Shown piece by piece: positions 37,658-45,427 of a stretch of DNA of 50,474 bases (position 1 is its first letter; each line of letters starts with the position of its first letter). This DNA is from Candidatus Fermentibacter danicus (GTDB lineage: Bacteria > Fermentibacterota > Fermentibacteria > Fermentibacterales > Fermentibacteraceae). The position numbers and the translations under genes are program-made. The DNA lies in the NCBI GenBank assembly GCA_001618615.1, contig LKHB01000226.1:15819-66292 (forward strand), written 5' to 3'. A model generated the notes under the pieces. That model saw nothing but the letters and a program-made list of their open reading frames with translations. It did no database searches and was not told the DNA's origin.

Positions 37658-39403
37658 TCACCGGCCCATGATAAGAGCGAAAGCCAGGGATGCGGCTCCG
37701 GCTGCGAAGAGCGCGCCGTCTCCGGCGATGCGGGTGATCAGCTCGCCGGGGAACGGTGTGCGGCTGACGCGCGAATACCCCCAGAGAAGATACACGTTGC
37801 CTACCAGCGCGAAGAGCGCGCCCACGGGCAGGAATCCCGCGACGACGGACGCCGTGGTCAGGATCACGGGGGCGCCCATGAAGACCAGGAGCAGGTTCCT
37901 GCTGTTGCGGACGCCGAGGGCGAGCGGGATCGTGTCCCTCCCGATCATCGCATCCCCCTGGATGTCTACCAGGTCCATCATCAGCGACCTGCCCAGGAAA
38001 AGGAAGAAGAGATGAAGCGACCATACGGCCACCCCAGGCCAGGGTATCCCGTTCACGCCGCGGAGGCTTTCCGCCGCCACCGGAAGCAGGCTGAGGAATA
38101 TGACCCAGCCCAGGGCGAACAGTATGTCGCGGGAGCCCGGGATCGCTCTCAGTCCGCCGGGAGGAAGCCTGCTGCTCCCCAGGAGCGGGCTGGAGTATGC
38201 CGCATAGAGTGCGAGAGACAATGCGTAGACGATCCCGTAGACGGCATCGAGCCTCAGGGCGAGGCAGACGGCGATGGCCAGCGCGGTCAAGCCGCTTACG
38301 GCGAAGGACTTGACGCGCTTCCGTATGAATACCTGCCTCTCCTCGCTCTCGACTCTGGAGAAGCCTGATTCGAGTATTGCGTTGAAGTTGTGGAGCGCGA
38401 AGAGCACGAGAGCCGACACTACGGACGGCAGGAGCCTGGACATGGCGCTCCTCCCCGTCATCGCCCCTCCGGCAAGGCCGATCAGCAGAGCCGTTACGAG
38501 GATATGCCAGTTGGCGAAGACGAGATTCCGGAGAATCCGGTAGGCCGCCCTCACCCGCGTTCCCTGGATCTCCTGGAGCCTGCCGAGCACCCTCCTGATG
38601 GCCCAGCTCGGAGTGGAGGCGCCTGCGGTCAGGACTATGCGTCTGAAGGCGCCGATGACCGCCGGATCGAGATCCTCCGCTTTTTCGACGAGCATGGCGG
38701 GCAGGCCGTGGTCACCTGCTATGGCCGCGAGACGCGCCGTATTGGCGCTGTCCCTCCCGCCGACGACCACTACGCAGTCGGCATTGGGGAACAGGCGACG
38801 CAGCTCCTCCTGCCTGGAGGAGGTGGACTCGCATATCGTATTCTCCCAGCGGAGGTTCGGAAACCGATCGAGGAGCGCTTCTACGGTCCTGTCGAAGAGT
38901 TCGTAATCCTGCGTGGTCTGCGAGAGAAGGAAGGGGTTCCCGAGAGGCGGGAGCGCCGCCACGTCCGAAGGGCCCTGGATCACGAAGGACGACTCCCCGC
39001 CCGCATAGGATCTCAGCGCTCTGACCTCCTGGTGCCCTGGATCCCCGAGTATTATCACGTCGTGGCCTTCCGCCCGCCTCGAACCCGCTACGGAAAGCGC
39101 CCGGCCGACCCTCGGACAGGTGAGATCCTTGATCTTGACGGATTCGTTTTCGGAAAGGATCCGCCGTTCCTCCAGAGTCGTTCCGTGAGTCCTGAGGAAC
39201 AGTACCCCGCCGTCGGTCGTACACGGATCCTCGCAGCACTCGACCCCTCTCTCCGCGAGCGCTTCCAGCACGAGTGGATTGTGCACGAGCGGCCCGACAA
39301 CGCGAAACGGACCCTTGCCCCGCTTGAGTTCGGCCAGGACCAGATCGACGGCTCTGCGGACCCCCCAGCAGAAGCCGGAACTCCTTGCGACCGTTACGCT
39401 CAA
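37658..39403 (-). CDS. ispH: HMBPP reductase IspH fused to a UbiA-like membrane domain
   Basis: GFCWGVRRA, TCPRV, QTT, TICEST..RQ, SANT, TAGASTP; C-terminal multi-TM region with DLVDIQGD..GRDTIP. Confidence 0.9.
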   Translation of the reverse strand: MSVTVARSSGFCWGVRRAVDLVLAELKRGKGPFRVVGPLVHNPLVLEALAERGVECCEDPCTTDGGVLFLRTHGTTLEERRILSENESVKIKDLTCPRVGRALSVAGSRRAEGHDVIILGDPGHQEVRALRSYAGGESSFVIQGPSDVAALPPLGNPFLLSQTTQDYELFDRTVEALLDRFPNLRWENTICESTSSRQEELRRLFPNADCVVVVGGRDSANTARLAAIAGDHGLPAMLVEKAEDLDPAVIGAFRRIVLTAGASTPSWAIRRVLGRLQEIQGTRVRAAYRILRNLVFANWHILVTALLIGLAGGAMTGRSAMSRLLPSVVSALVLFALHNFNAILESGFSRVESEERQVFIRKRVKSFAVSGLTALAIAVCLALRLDAVYGIVYALSLALYAAYSSPLLGSSRLPPGGLRAIPGSRDILFALGWVIFLSLLPVAAESLRGVNGIPWPGVAVWSLHLFFLFLGRSLMMDLVDIQGDAMIGRDTIPLALGVRNSRNLLLVFMGAPVILTTASVVAGFLPVGALFALVGNVYLLWGYSRVSRTPFPGELITRIAGDGALFAAGAASLAFALIMGR

Positions 39404-39485
39404 TCAATCCTCCAGTAGGGGAGTATTCCCGGGATGGAATCCATAGGAGAGACATGTCGTGGTCGGAGACTCCCGGGCAGGATGG

Positions 39486-39520
39486 AAAAGAAGAGGGGCG
39501 CCGGCAAAGCCGGCGCCCCT
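39486..39520 (-). terminator. Rho-independent terminator
   Basis: AGGGGCGCCGGC-TTT-GCCGGCGCCCCT, a 12-bp stem followed by CTTCTTTT on the minus strand. Confidence 0.8.
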
Positions 39521-39542
39521 GCAGCCACGAACCTGTAGAACC

Positions 39543-40157
39543 TTAGTTGTACAGGGCCTTGATGCTGCCCCAGGTGGAGCTGCTCAGAGCCATCGTGCCG
39601 GTGGTGCGGACGAAGTAGTCGCCCAGCTCGCCCCACGGCTCCCAGACGATGAAGTCGTCGCTGAAGAAGCTGTGGCAGACGGCCGGAGGACTGGGGTCGC
39701 CGAGGATCGAAGGCCAGCCGCCGCTGGAAAGCTCGGTGTTGGCGATGATCCAGAAATTGGCCTCGCAGACCAGCTCGGGGCTGTAGTTGGCGTAGCATGC
39801 CGCGTAGTGGAGAGCCGTGACCGAGGTCTGGTTGAGCTGGGTCACAGGAGCGCTGGCATCGCCGTTGTAGACTTCGCAGTAGAAGGAGGCGGTGTCCCAG
39901 GGATAGCTCGAGTGATGGAAGAACCAAAGCTCGGCGTTCTGGGCGTTCCAGCTCGAGCCGGAACCGCCGCCGAAGTCGGCGAGGTTGAACCAGGTGCCCC
40001 TGTAGAGCCCGCCCCAGGTCAGCCAGTTGGCCGTACCGTCATCGTACGACAATTGATCGTCCGTGTTGGGGATGGACAGAGGCTGATCGAGCCTCACGCT
40101 ATTCGCGGCGAAGGCTGCGACAGCGAGAGCGGCAAGGACCAAAAGAACCCTCTTCAT
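39543..40157 (-). CDS. Secreted hypothetical protein with C-terminal STWGSIKALY motif
   Basis: Signal peptide MKRVLLVLAALAVAAFA; aromatic-rich beta domain (LSYDDG); ends SSSTWGSIKALYN. Confidence 0.85.
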   Translation of the reverse strand: MKRVLLVLAALAVAAFAANSVRLDQPLSIPNTDDQLSYDDGTANWLTWGGLYRGTWFNLADFGGGSGSSWNAQNAELWFFHHSSYPWDTASFYCEVYNGDASAPVTQLNQTSVTALHYAACYANYSPELVCEANFWIIANTELSSGGWPSILGDPSPPAVCHSFFSDDFIVWEPWGELGDYFVRTTGTMALSSSTWGSIKALYN

Positions 40158-40197
40158 GGATGCCCCCTCTCTAGGGTTGTTGGGTATTCGCGGTGCT

Positions 40198-40226
40198 AGT
40201 ATGGAAGAGGCATCCCGGGGTGTCAA
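40198..40226 (-). promoter_or_regulatory. Near-consensus sigma70 promoter
   Basis: TTGACA-17 nt-CATACT; the -35 overlaps the uvrB stop. Confidence 0.7.
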
Positions 40227-42217
40227 CCCCTGTGGCCGGATGCTCCGGGAATCTCCCTGAGCACCTTTCTCAACTCGTCTCTCAGCCTCGCGGCCTCCTC
40301 GAACTCGAGTCTGGCCGCTGATTCGAGCATCAGCTTCTCGATTCGCGCAGCCGCCCTCTCCGGATCCTCACCGGGATCGACCAGCGCGGCCGGCGCCTCG
40401 TCGCGCTTCATCGAATCAGCGATGCTGGTGGCGCGGATTATCTCCTCGCGGGTCTTCACAATCCCCCTGGGAACGACTCCGTGCGCGGCGTTGTAGGCCG
40501 TCTGTATCTCTCTCCTCCGCCCGGTCTCCGCGATGGCGTCACGCATGGAATCCGTGATCGAATCCGCATACATGACGACGCGGCCCGCGAGATTCCTCGC
40601 CGCCCTGCCGGCGGTCTGGATCAGGCTCGTCCTGGAGCGCAGGAAGCCCTCCTTGTCGGCGTCCATGACGGCCACCAGCGACACCTCCGGCAGGTCGAGA
40701 CCCTCCCTGAGAAGGTTGACCCCCACCAGGACATCGAATTCCGCGAGGCGGAGTTCTCTGAGGATCGATACTCGCTCGAGCGCGTCTATCTCGCTGTGGA
40801 CATACTTCGTCCTGATGCCGAGGCCGTCCATGTACGAAGCGAGCTGTTCGGCCATCTTCTTGGTCAGCGTGGTCACGAGGACCCTGCCGCCTTCCGCCGT
40901 CGTTCCGCGTATCTCTTCGATCAGATCGTCCACCTGACCCACTGCGGGCCGCACCAGAATGACTGGATCGACCAGGCCCGTGGGCCGGACGATCAGTTCG
41001 ACCACGCGCTCCGATCTATCGAGTTCGTATTCGGCCGGAGTCGCAGAAAGGCAGATCTTCTGGCCGGTCATCCGCTCGAACTCCTCGAGGAAGAGCGGCC
41101 TGTTGTCGAGGGCCGACGGGAGACGGAAGCCGTGCTCCACCAGCGTCTCCTTCCTCGCCCTGTCGCCGCGGTACATGCCCCTGATCTGCGGGATGGTCCT
41201 GTGCGATTCGTCGATGAAGACGATCATGTCCCGGGGGAAGTAGTCGAGAAGGCATGCGGGCCTCTCCCCTTCCGCCCGCCCGGCCAGATGGCGGCTGTAG
41301 TTCTCGATCCCCGGGCAGAACCCCGTCTGGGAAAGCAGCTCCAGATCGTAGCCGGTTCTCGCCTGAAGCCTCTGTGCCTCCAGCAGCCTGCCTCTGGCCT
41401 TCAGCCAGAGGAGCCTCTCCTCGAGCTCCTTCTCGATCAGGGTGATGGCCCTGTCCAGGTCGGGCGCTGCGGTGACGAAGTGCTTGGCCGGATAGACGAA
41501 GACCCTCTCCATCTCCCCCAGCAGCGTCCCCGTGAGATGGTCCATCTCCCGGATGGACTCGATCTCGTTGCCGAAGTACTCCACCCTGATGCCCGTATCG
41601 GCGTAGGAAGGGACTATGTCGACCACGTCGCCCCTCACCCTGAACCTGCTCCTGGTGAGCGCTATGTCGTTGCGCTCGTACTGCATCTCGACGAGGGACA
41701 TGCACAGCTTCTCGGGAGGGAGCACATCCCCCCGGGCAAGTTCGAGACCGACCGACCGGAAGGTGGAGGGGTTGCCCAGGCCGTAGATGCAGCTCACCGA
41801 GGCCACCACGATAACGTCGCGCCTCGACATCAGGGCCGCGGTGGCCTTGAGCCTCAGGCGGTCGAGTTCGTCGTTCAGGTCGGCGTCCTTCTCGATGTAC
41901 ATGTCCGAGGAGGGAATGTAGGCTTCCGGCTGGTAGTAGTCGTAGTAGCTCACGAAGTACTCGACGGCGGCGTCCGGGAAGAAGCCCCGGAGCTCGGAGT
42001 AGAGCTGGGCGGCGAGAGTCTTGTTGTGGCTGAGAACCAGGACCGGGCGGTCGAAACGCTCGATCACCTTTGCAATCGTGAAGGTCTTGCCCGATCCCGT
42101 GACCCCGAGGAGGGTCTGCCATTCGAACCCGGAGCCTATTCCGTCCGCCAGATCCTCGATCGCGCGTGGCTGGTCGCCGGCGGGCTCAAAGGCGGACTCA
42201 ACCCTGAACAGCCCCAC
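40223..42217 (-). CDS. uvrB: Excinuclease ABC subunit B
   Basis: PAGDQP.AI, GVTGSGKT, HNKTLAAQL, YYDYYQPEAY, DESH, C-terminal UVR domain. Confidence 0.98.
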   Translation of the reverse strand: MGLFRVESAFEPAGDQPRAIEDLADGIGSGFEWQTLLGVTGSGKTFTIAKVIERFDRPVLVLSHNKTLAAQLYSELRGFFPDAAVEYFVSYYDYYQPEAYIPSSDMYIEKDADLNDELDRLRLKATAALMSRRDVIVVASVSCIYGLGNPSTFRSVGLELARGDVLPPEKLCMSLVEMQYERNDIALTRSRFRVRGDVVDIVPSYADTGIRVEYFGNEIESIREMDHLTGTLLGEMERVFVYPAKHFVTAAPDLDRAITLIEKELEERLLWLKARGRLLEAQRLQARTGYDLELLSQTGFCPGIENYSRHLAGRAEGERPACLLDYFPRDMIVFIDESHRTIPQIRGMYRGDRARKETLVEHGFRLPSALDNRPLFLEEFERMTGQKICLSATPAEYELDRSERVVELIVRPTGLVDPVILVRPAVGQVDDLIEEIRGTTAEGGRVLVTTLTKKMAEQLASYMDGLGIRTKYVHSEIDALERVSILRELRLAEFDVLVGVNLLREGLDLPEVSLVAVMDADKEGFLRSRTSLIQTAGRAARNLAGRVVMYADSITDSMRDAIAETGRRREIQTAYNAAHGVVPRGIVKTREEIIRATSIADSMKRDEAPAALVDPGEDPERAAARIEKLMLESAARLEFEEAARLRDELRKVLREIPGASGHRG

Positions 42218-43862
42218 CGAGCGACTCCAGATCCAGCTCGAATGCAGCCACCGGCCGGGTTATCCCCAGTTCGTCGAGGATCGACGGATGAACCTCTCCC
42301 ATGACGCCCGCCTCGCGTCCGTCCACCATCAGGGTGCAGGAGCGGCCCGGGATGAACCTGTCGTCCCCGGAGGGCGTCAGGGCGAGGCTGTGACCGCGTC
42401 CGTGGCAGATGAGCCCGATTACCGAGTGCACGTCCCCGAAGCCCGCATCGTTCCCCGAGATGGAGACGGCCAGTCTGACGACCGTGCGCAGGTCTCCGGA
42501 GCCGTTTTCGAGAACCTCGCCCACCTCGAAGACCCGGTGCGGGTACGGGGTGTGCGAACTCACGGCCTCGACCCCCAGAAGGCCTGGGATCAGGCTGTTC
42601 CTGACGGCGCCGTACTCCAGAGTCATGGGATTCTCGATCCTCACTATGCCCGGCGGGGTGCCCGGCCTGCCCTCCGAGGTGAGAATCGGCAGCAACACCT
42701 CCTCGCAACCTGCTCCGGCGAGCATGATCCTCACCGCGTCTGCCAGATCCTCGATCGCGGCGGAGGCTCCGATCGTATAGCCCTCCGGCATGAGGGGCTC
42801 GAACCTGTTCAGTCCGTACCCCACGGCGATGTCCTCGATCAGGTCCACCTCGTGCATCCCGTCGTGCCTGTACGGCGGCATCCGGGCTTCGACGACGGCG
42901 CCGTCTATTGTCCAGGAGTCCCATCCCATCCCGGCCAGCGAACGCTCTATCGCGGCATCGTCGGGGAGAATCCCGAGGACCGTCGATATGCGCTCCCGGG
43001 TGGTCGAGAGGGTGTCGCAGAACCTGCGGGGCGTTATCGAGACGGAGCCGCCGTCGGGGGTTTCGCGGGGATACCCGATCTCCACGGGTTCGATCCTGAA
43101 TCCGCGGTCCTCCAGGTTGCATGCTAGTATCGAGGCGGTAAGGCCGACGGTGTTCCAGTCGGTGCCTGTGACCTCGCAGAAGAGATCGCGGTCGCCGACC
43201 GAGACGCGGCCGGTTCCCTCGCTGTTGATGACGGGAGGGAACGACAGCACGCTGCCGGAGGAGTCCGAGATAAGGGGACAGAGCGCCCCCTCTTCCACGA
43301 GGTGGGCGTATTTCCTGCCGGTCTCGGTGTCGCTCAACACCCCGGACAGGGTCATCTCCGAATCGCACCCGAGCGGGGTGAAGCGAACCGAATCGCGGGG
43401 AACGGCCGAATACCTCACCGGGAAGGAGATGCACCCGCTCCTGTAGAATCCGATGGCGGCGGTCTTCCTGTTTCTGCCGAAGGAGCCCGCCAGCTTCTCT
43501 TGGGCGGCCACGAGAGCGGCGAGAGCCTCCTCGTCGATCGGAGGTCCGGAGGCCTTGAAGGCGGCTATCCACGGCCGGACGGCGGTGACCGAGTCATCCA
43601 CCTCGATCCGTACCGAAGGTTCCGGGAGATCGACCAGATATCTGCGGGAGTAGCCGTTCAGGGCCGAGATGCCCCGCGCCACACCCTCCGCGCACCAGAG
43701 ATCGGGGCGGTTCGTGTCGTTGAGTTCGATCTTGAGCAGCTCGCCACCGGTCTTGAGTTCGCCCTTGAGCGAGGCGAGAAGCTCCTCCAGGACCGCGTCG
43801 TCCCCGGGCAGAGAGGGGCAGAGCCTCTCGAGATCCCTCCGCGCGACCTCTATCTTAGGCAT
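42198..43862 (-). CDS. pheT: Phenylalanyl-tRNA synthetase beta subunit, archaeal/eukaryotic type
   Basis: 554 aa; DTNRPDLWCAEG, RNRKTAAIG, VLSFPPVINS, RHDGMHEVDLIED, NPMT.EY..VR.SL.P; no OB-fold insert or C-terminal anticodon-binding domain evident. Confidence 0.9.
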   Translation of the reverse strand: MPKIEVARRDLERLCPSLPGDDAVLEELLASLKGELKTGGELLKIELNDTNRPDLWCAEGVARGISALNGYSRRYLVDLPEPSVRIEVDDSVTAVRPWIAAFKASGPPIDEEALAALVAAQEKLAGSFGRNRKTAAIGFYRSGCISFPVRYSAVPRDSVRFTPLGCDSEMTLSGVLSDTETGRKYAHLVEEGALCPLISDSSGSVLSFPPVINSEGTGRVSVGDRDLFCEVTGTDWNTVGLTASILACNLEDRGFRIEPVEIGYPRETPDGGSVSITPRRFCDTLSTTRERISTVLGILPDDAAIERSLAGMGWDSWTIDGAVVEARMPPYRHDGMHEVDLIEDIAVGYGLNRFEPLMPEGYTIGASAAIEDLADAVRIMLAGAGCEEVLLPILTSEGRPGTPPGIVRIENPMTLEYGAVRNSLIPGLLGVEAVSSHTPYPHRVFEVGEVLENGSGDLRTVVRLAVSISGNDAGFGDVHSVIGLICHGRGHSLALTPSGDDRFIPGRSCTLMVDGREAGVMGEVHPSILDELGITRPVAAFELDLESLGGAVQG

Positions 43863-45423
43863 CGGCCACGCCTCCCCCGCCTCCCGGCATCCTCTCGGGT
43901 CTCACCCTCATGGCCCTCAGCCTCCCAAGGTCGTCCGTCATCAGATCCCTTATGTCGGCGAGTCCCATGGCGGTCATCGCCATCCTGTCGAGCCCCAGCC
44001 CCCACGCGATCACGGGCACCTCGACCCCGAGGGGTTTCGTCACCTCGGGGCGGAACAGGCCCGCCCCCCCCATCTCCATCCAGCCTATGGACGGATGGCG
44101 GATGTGCATCTCGACGGAGGGCTCCGTGAAGGGGAAGTAGCCCGGATAGAGCTTGTGCTCCGTGGCTCCCGCTATCCTCTCGGCGAAGAGGCGGAGCAGG
44201 CCGACGAGATGCCTGAGGTTGATGTCCTCCCCCAGGACGATGCCCTCGACCTGGAAGAAGTCGGGCAGATGGGTGGCGTCGACCTGGTCGTACCTGAAGC
44301 ATCTGGCTATGGCGAAGTACTTGCCCGGGACGGAGGGGGAGGACGCCATCCACCTCGCGGAGAGGGCCGTCCCCTGGGATCTGAGTATGGGAAGACCGGC
44401 GCGCGACTCGTCATAGTCGTAGGACCACCCCCGGCTGCCCGTATCGCCTCCGTCCCTGTGGGCCGAGGCGACCTTCGCGAGGATGTCCGCCGCGGGGGCG
44501 AACCGCCTGCCTCCGGTGTCGAGGAAGTAGGCGTCGTGGATGTCGCGGGCGGGGTGGAACTGGGGCATGAACAGGGCGTCGTTGTTCCAGAACTCGCTCT
44601 CGGCGATCGATCCCCTCATCTCGCTGAATCCGAGGGCGAGGAACTTCCTCCTGACGGAATCGAGGAAGACCCTGTAGGGATGCAGACGGCCGGAGTGGAT
44701 CCTGGCGGCCGGTATGTCCATCTCGTAACGCCTGAACCTGAGGCCGCGCCAGGAGCCGTCCGCGAGCATCGCCGGCGTGAGCCGGCCGGCTATCCTTCCG
44801 GCCTTCGCCCGTTCCAGGGCCGATCTTCCGTTCTCGTTTATGGAGAGCTTCTGCCAGGTCGAGGTGGAGAGCAGGAACTCGGCCCTTCCCCTGCCGCGTT
44901 TCGGGCTCCTGTCGGAGACCATCGCCGCCACTTGGGGATCGAGGCTCTCGAGGACGACCGTCCCGCCCTGCGACAGCGGGGCGTACACCTGCTCCCACAG
45001 AAGGCCGAAGACCCCCCGTTCAGAGCCGGCGGATTCGAGCCTTCCGCCATCGCGCCTGACGAGGCCGCTCCTGGTCAGGGCGCCGAGGGCGCTTCCCCAC
45101 CTGGCGGGATCGAACCTGCTGTCGGCCTGGATGGCGGCGAAGTCCCCGGTGCCTTCTTCCACCATATCCAGAAGCAGCAGCTCGGGCGTTCCGCCTGCGG
45201 CTGCGCACTCCTCGCCGAGCGGACCGAGCAGGACCCTGGTCTCCCCCGAGGCGCCGGCCTCGTCGACCAGCCCTCTGGAGATGAGCCACTGGGCCGCCCG
45301 CCTGTAGGAGCCCTCCCCGCCTATCCCGCTCTTCTCGATAATCTCCTCGTCCCAGGCCTCGCCGACCCCGTCGAGGTAGGAGAGCAGCGTCAGCTCCAGC
45401 GGATGAAGATCCCTGTCCTCCAA
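43855..45423 (-). CDS. pheS: Phenylalanyl-tRNA synthetase alpha subunit, archaeal/eukaryotic type
   Basis: TTG at 45423 with GGGAGG RBS; long N-terminal extension; FWNNDALFMPQFHPARD.HD, DATHL.DF.Q, YFPFTEPS, AWGLGLDR. Confidence 0.93.
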   Translation of the reverse strand: MEDRDLHPLELTLLSYLDGVGEAWDEEIIEKSGIGGEGSYRRAAQWLISRGLVDEAGASGETRVLLGPLGEECAAAGGTPELLLLDMVEEGTGDFAAIQADSRFDPARWGSALGALTRSGLVRRDGGRLESAGSERGVFGLLWEQVYAPLSQGGTVVLESLDPQVAAMVSDRSPKRGRGRAEFLLSTSTWQKLSINENGRSALERAKAGRIAGRLTPAMLADGSWRGLRFRRYEMDIPAARIHSGRLHPYRVFLDSVRRKFLALGFSEMRGSIAESEFWNNDALFMPQFHPARDIHDAYFLDTGGRRFAPAADILAKVASAHRDGGDTGSRGWSYDYDESRAGLPILRSQGTALSARWMASSPSVPGKYFAIARCFRYDQVDATHLPDFFQVEGIVLGEDINLRHLVGLLRLFAERIAGATEHKLYPGYFPFTEPSVEMHIRHPSIGWMEMGGAGLFRPEVTKPLGVEVPVIAWGLGLDRMAMTAMGLADIRDLMTDDLGRLRAMRVRPERMPGGGGGVADA

Positions 45424-45427
45424 GCCG

